The notes under the pieces are model-generated. The model ran no database searches, was not told the DNA's origin, and was given only the letters and a program-made list of their open reading frames with translations. A DNA stretch of 64,000 bases from Macrostomum lignano (taxonomy: Eukaryota), in assembly GCA_002269645.1 (NCBI GenBank), contig NIVC01002611.1:1-64000 (forward strand), read 5' to 3'. Position numbers and translations under genes: made by a program. Below, piece after piece: positions 59,780-64,000 of the stretch (positions are counted from its first letter, which is position 1; every line of letters begins with the position of its first letter).

Positions 59780-60752
59780 GCTAGGATAGTGAAAGGGCCA
59801 GATCTGGGGGTCTAGGGCCAAGACTGGGATGGGGTAGGGCTGGCGCTGAGATGGGGTAGGGCTGGCGCTGAGATGGGGTAGGGCTGGGGTGGGGTAGGGC
59901 TGGGGCTGGAGTGGGGTAGGGCTGGGGCTGGAGTGGGGTAGGGCTGGCGCTAGGGTGGGGTAGGGCTGGCGATGGGGTGGGGTAGGGCTGACGCTGGGGT
60001 GGGGTAGGGCTTGGGTGGGGTAGGGCTGGGGCTAGGGCTAGGGCAAGGGCAGGGGCTGGGGCTAGGGCTAGGGCAAGGGCAGGGGCTAGGGCAGATGCAG
60101 GGGCAGGGGCAAGGGCTTAGGCTAAGGCTAGGGCAAGGGCTCGGGCAAGGGCTAGGGCTTGGGCTAAGGCTAAGGCTAGGGCTGGGGCTAGGGCTAGGGC
60201 AGGGGCTAGGGCAGGGGCTAGGGCAGGGGCAAGGGCTAGGCTAGGGCTAGGGCTTGGGCTTGGGCTAAGGCTAGGGCAAGGGCTTGGGCTAAGGCTAGGG
60301 CAAAGGCTGGGGCTGGGGCTAAGGCTGGGGCTTGGGCTAAGGCTAGGGCAAGGGCTAGGGCTTGGGCTTGGGCTTGGGCTAGGGCAAAGGCTGGGGCTGG
60401 GGCTAAGGCTGGGGCTTGGGCTTGGGCTAAGGCTAGGGCAAGGGCAAAGGCTGGGGCTAGGGCTGGGGCTAGGGCTGGTTCTAGGGCTGGGGCTAGGGCT
60501 GGGGCTAGGGCAAGGGCTAGGGCTGGGGCAGGATAGTGATAGGGCCAGAGCTGGGGCAGGGATAACAAGCACTAAGGCTAAGGCCAGGGCTAGGGGAGGA
60601 ACTAGGGCTAGGGCTAAGGTTAGGGCTAGATTAGGGGCTGGGATAGAGTGGGATAGGGCTGGGGCTGGGCTAGTGCTTGAGCTTAAGCTAGAGCTAGCTG
60701 CTAGGGCTGTGGTGTGGCTAGAGCTTGAGCTGGGGCTTGATCTCAAGCTAGG
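59780..60752. repeat. G-rich hexamer array (CTAGGG/CTGGGG/CTAAGG/CTTGGG), mirror of 51330-52300
   Basis: Direct reading; occasional true TTAGGG (about 59775 and 60620). Confidence 0.9.
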
Positions 60753-63700
60753 GCTAAGAGAATGAAGCCACAAATAAATGTAAAGCTATAAACAAGGGTA
60801 GAACCTAGTAGAAGAGGGTAGAGATAGGTTGAAGAGGATAGGATCAAAAGGTGAGGGGAGGGTAAAAAGGGTAGAAAAGAGTATAAGGATAGAAGATAGA
60901 GAATAAGAAAAGAGGATATAGAAAGATGAAAAAAGGGTTACACCAAAGCATGCTAACTAAACATATTTTAATCCAATAAAAAGGCTAAATTATTGCTTTT
61001 ATCTTTAGCCTAGGCTAAAGCTTAGGTAGGCTTAGCTATTTTGAATCAAATATAGACCTAATTAGAATATATTAATCCAAACCAAATATACTAAATCTCT
61101 AATATTTGCTTGTATGCTTAATTATTTATATTAGGCCTAGTAGGTAGGCTTCAAGTTTACTCACTAATTCATTAGTATAATAAATAGTATTATTAGGGTT
61201 CAACTTTTCTTTAGCCCTAGGCCTAGCACTATATATAACTTGGTATATATAAATTTTAGTAGGCTAGTATATTTAATTTTAAATTTCAATTCTATTTAGC
61301 AATGATTTATTTTGGCTAGGCCTAGGGCTTAAATTAAATAGGTTTGATATCAAATCAAATAGTCAATTTTGTGTAAAATGGATTAAAAACTTAATAGGCC
61401 TACATTAAAATTAAGTCCTTAAAGCTATAGAGTTCTATCCTAGGCTAGATAGAATTAGGCCCTATACTATATCTAGACAAGGCATAGCTAATAGCTAATA
61501 TAGGCAACTAATACTATAATGCTTTGGCTAGAAATATATCAACAATATAGACAAATCTGGCTCTGTTAATAAAAAATAATAACCCAGTCATATACTAGCA
61601 AATGGTTTACTAGTCAAGCTCTATTTTTTATTTAGCAATTAGCATTACTATTTATATAGAAATACCATTATATTATATAGATAGGTCTTGGATATATGCG
61701 CCTTTTATATACCATAACACTAGATGAAGAAAAAGCATAAATTTTAGGGCCCATATTTTTAGGTGTATAGAACTGCTTAAATTAAATTAAGCCATTGGCA
61801 TTGCCAATATATATATATAATGTAAAAGGGTATAACTGTTTCAATGAAAGAACTTTTTCGTGCATATGTGCACAAATGTTTTCAATACAACGTAAAATAA
61901 AGCCAGAAATACATGCAGTGCTACACCGCTATATTCATTGCTAGGCTGCAAGGCCGTGTTTTCCGAGGATAGAATGGCCTCATGAGTGGGACACAGCTGT
62001 GTCACTGGACTGTCTGGAAGCCGGCCTATTTAATATTATAATATAGCAATGAAATATACACTACTTTATAGCCAAGAACTTTTTCAAAGTCAAATATTTT
62101 TTAAATGGCCAATACAATATTAGCATTATAGCCTACTTTATAGCAATATCTGGTTATTTTTTCTAATTAGGTCTAAACCTAGAATTGCACTCACTCTTAG
62201 TCTCTCTTACTCTCTAGAATAAAAACTGATATTTTTTGCATATGACTATATGGGAAGCAAAGGCTTAGGCCCTACTTTTTTCTACTCAACTCAACTCACT
62301 CAACTACTAGGCCTACCACCTACCTACTACTCAACTTCTACCTGGCTAGGCCCACTGGGGCTGGCCTAGGCCTAGGAGTAGGAGTAGCCCCCCCCCCCTA
62401 TACCAAGTGGCTAGATTACCTTTTAAACAACACAATTAACTTGACCTAAATAAACCAGACTTGTTAGTTCGTTTAATACCATAGTATTAGAATTTAGAAT
62501 TAGAACCAATTATTTTATTAAAAAATCTAATTCAATGGTCTAATTCAATGCCTTATAGTAGTAAGCCTAGTTTAGGCATTTCATGTGTAGGCTTAGCCAC
62601 ACAGCCTTCACCCCAGCTCAGTTTTAGAACTACATGGATTTTAGACCCTAGTTTCCTAGTTGCCGGCCAGCAGCACGCACGCACGTGCACTGCCTTCAGC
62701 GAGTAGAAAGCATTTAAATTTAAGCTGCAAGGGCCTAGGCCTACCGTCATGATGCATGTCTAAAACTAACTAACAAGAAACCCACAGCAGAAAGATAGTC
62801 CTGCAACAAGCTACTAAAACATGAATGCATTTATTGGCGCTAAAAAGTTAACTAGCTTTGTTGATATTGTAACAATCATTTTTCGATTAACCAGCAAGCT
62901 GAGACAGCAACCAGCATGCTGTCATACCGTAAACAAAAAACTTAAATCGTGCTGTTTTCGTTAGTTTTAAGCAAACACGGGTGATAAACGAATAGCTACA
63001 CTTTACATATTAGAGGACAGAAAAGATCAAAGTAAGTTTATCATTGAGTCTTACTATGCAGTCGCAGTAGATTTGCGTAATACACAGTCTATGAAAAAAG
63101 TATTTGTTATATCTTTGTCTACGAGTCCGGTACTATTGAAGTAGCTCATAAGCAATTATTGCCTATGCGTGCCATGGATTTGTTTTGCAGATTTTAAGTT
63201 GTTAAATTTAAATTAAAATTTTCACGCAATGTCGTAGAAGAAAAAATAATTGGTCAATTAGCAAGTAAAAGTACACATATTACTAGCCGTAAAGAAAGCG
63301 CCGCGAGTGCGGTAAAGAAAACTTTTACAAGATAATAACCCTCGGACGCGAGACTTGCTAAGCTTCAAAAAAGGTTATGAAACTTTGAAATAGAAATATA
63401 CAATGCATTATTATTCTCACCAAGGTAGAGATTTGCGCATGCATAAATACTCTAAAGAACTTGTAATATTGGTTTAAGCACTGCATGATGCTCAAGAATG
63501 AAGCCTTAGAGGCTATCTCGACTGGCCGTAGCCCGAGGGAATTATTGTGATTAGATTTAATCATGCATATGTTGCCATCGCGCAGCAGAGATTTCTTTTC
63601 GCTATCTTGAGTTTTTTTCAGCTAGGACTGTTCAATTAATGCTGATTTCTGGCGATGCATTGTACATGTACGAGTAGTATAGAAATATGAATTCGAGTAT

Positions 63701-64000
63701 CGTCAAACAACTTCTAAGCTTAACTCAATCTCCCTATCTCCATAAAATGAGTTTTAAAATTATTCAATGCACAAAAGCATAGCGCCGCACAATAAAAGTA
63801 AAAGCGCGTTATTGCGTCATCTCGATTGCAGTTAAGTCTAGCAATAAAAAAAGAGAGCAAAACACAATAGCATTTAAGCATCAAATATACCAGTTTATAT
63901 GTAGGTGTCACAAACAGCATGCTATAAAAACATGCACGCACTGAATGAACCGCTCGTCATACTAATTGATATTGGTTGAGCGCTTTCTGTCGTAGCATTC

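Larger units (their letters stand above)
49099..62983. mobile_element. Giant foldback-type element, 13,885 bp, with 5.28-kb terminal inverted repeats and a 7-bp TSD; no transposase recognised
   Basis: 49099-54381 is the reverse complement of 57701-62983, with only scattered substitutions and 1-nt indels (mirror ORFs in the track pair at coordinate sum 112081-112082). Termini CACCCGTG...CACGGGTG, flanked exactly by ATAAACG at 49092-49098 and 62984-62990. Confidence 0.85.
57701..62983 (-). repeat. Right inverted arm (5283 bp)
   Basis: Reverse complement of 49099-54381. Confidence 0.97.

Noticed and set aside
49099-62983. Giant inverted repeat as a pure sequencing fold-back artefact
   Set aside because: Such artefacts are normally centred palindromes without a long unique spacer or flanking direct repeats. 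Here there is a 3.3-kb spacer, real arm differences, unique DNA on both sides and an exact 7-bp duplication. Read-level confirmation is still needed.
49099-62983. Maverick/Polinton, Transib/RAG-like or viral identity for the giant element
   Set aside because: No integrase, polymerase B, capsid or RAG-like ORF, and the 7-bp TSD does not match the 6-bp or 5-bp expected.
63000-64000. Short ORFs in the right flank
   Set aside because: AT-rich with no recognisable protein features; treated as ordinary intergenic DNA.

Overview
Repeat-rich animal genomic DNA with GT-AG introns and no prokaryotic features. The GC-rich codon usage, short introns and many private minisatellites resemble a free-living flatworm such as Macrostomum (inference only). 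Recognisable genes: the first coding exon of a Sam50 homologue (-), a four-exon CPEB1/Orb-class gene (+) with a Q/A-rich N-terminus, and a four-exon AMPK beta subunit (-). Unassigned genes: a small type-I membrane protein (-), a neuropeptide-like prohormone (+), a coiled-coil/2-TM protein (-) and a K/S-rich exon (-). Mobile DNA: an apparently intact 4.1-kb hAT transposon with an 8-bp TSD and a 53-bp mini-element in its intron, two MITE-like elements, and a 13.9-kb foldback-type element (49099-62983) with two near-identical 5.28-kb inverted arms, a 3.3-kb spacer and an exact 7-bp target-site duplication. About a third of the window is tandem repeat, including a 14.6-kb array of about 1000 units nearly all carrying the AP-1 site TGACTCA. 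Sharply bounded CpG-free blocks lie upstream of the two housekeeping genes.
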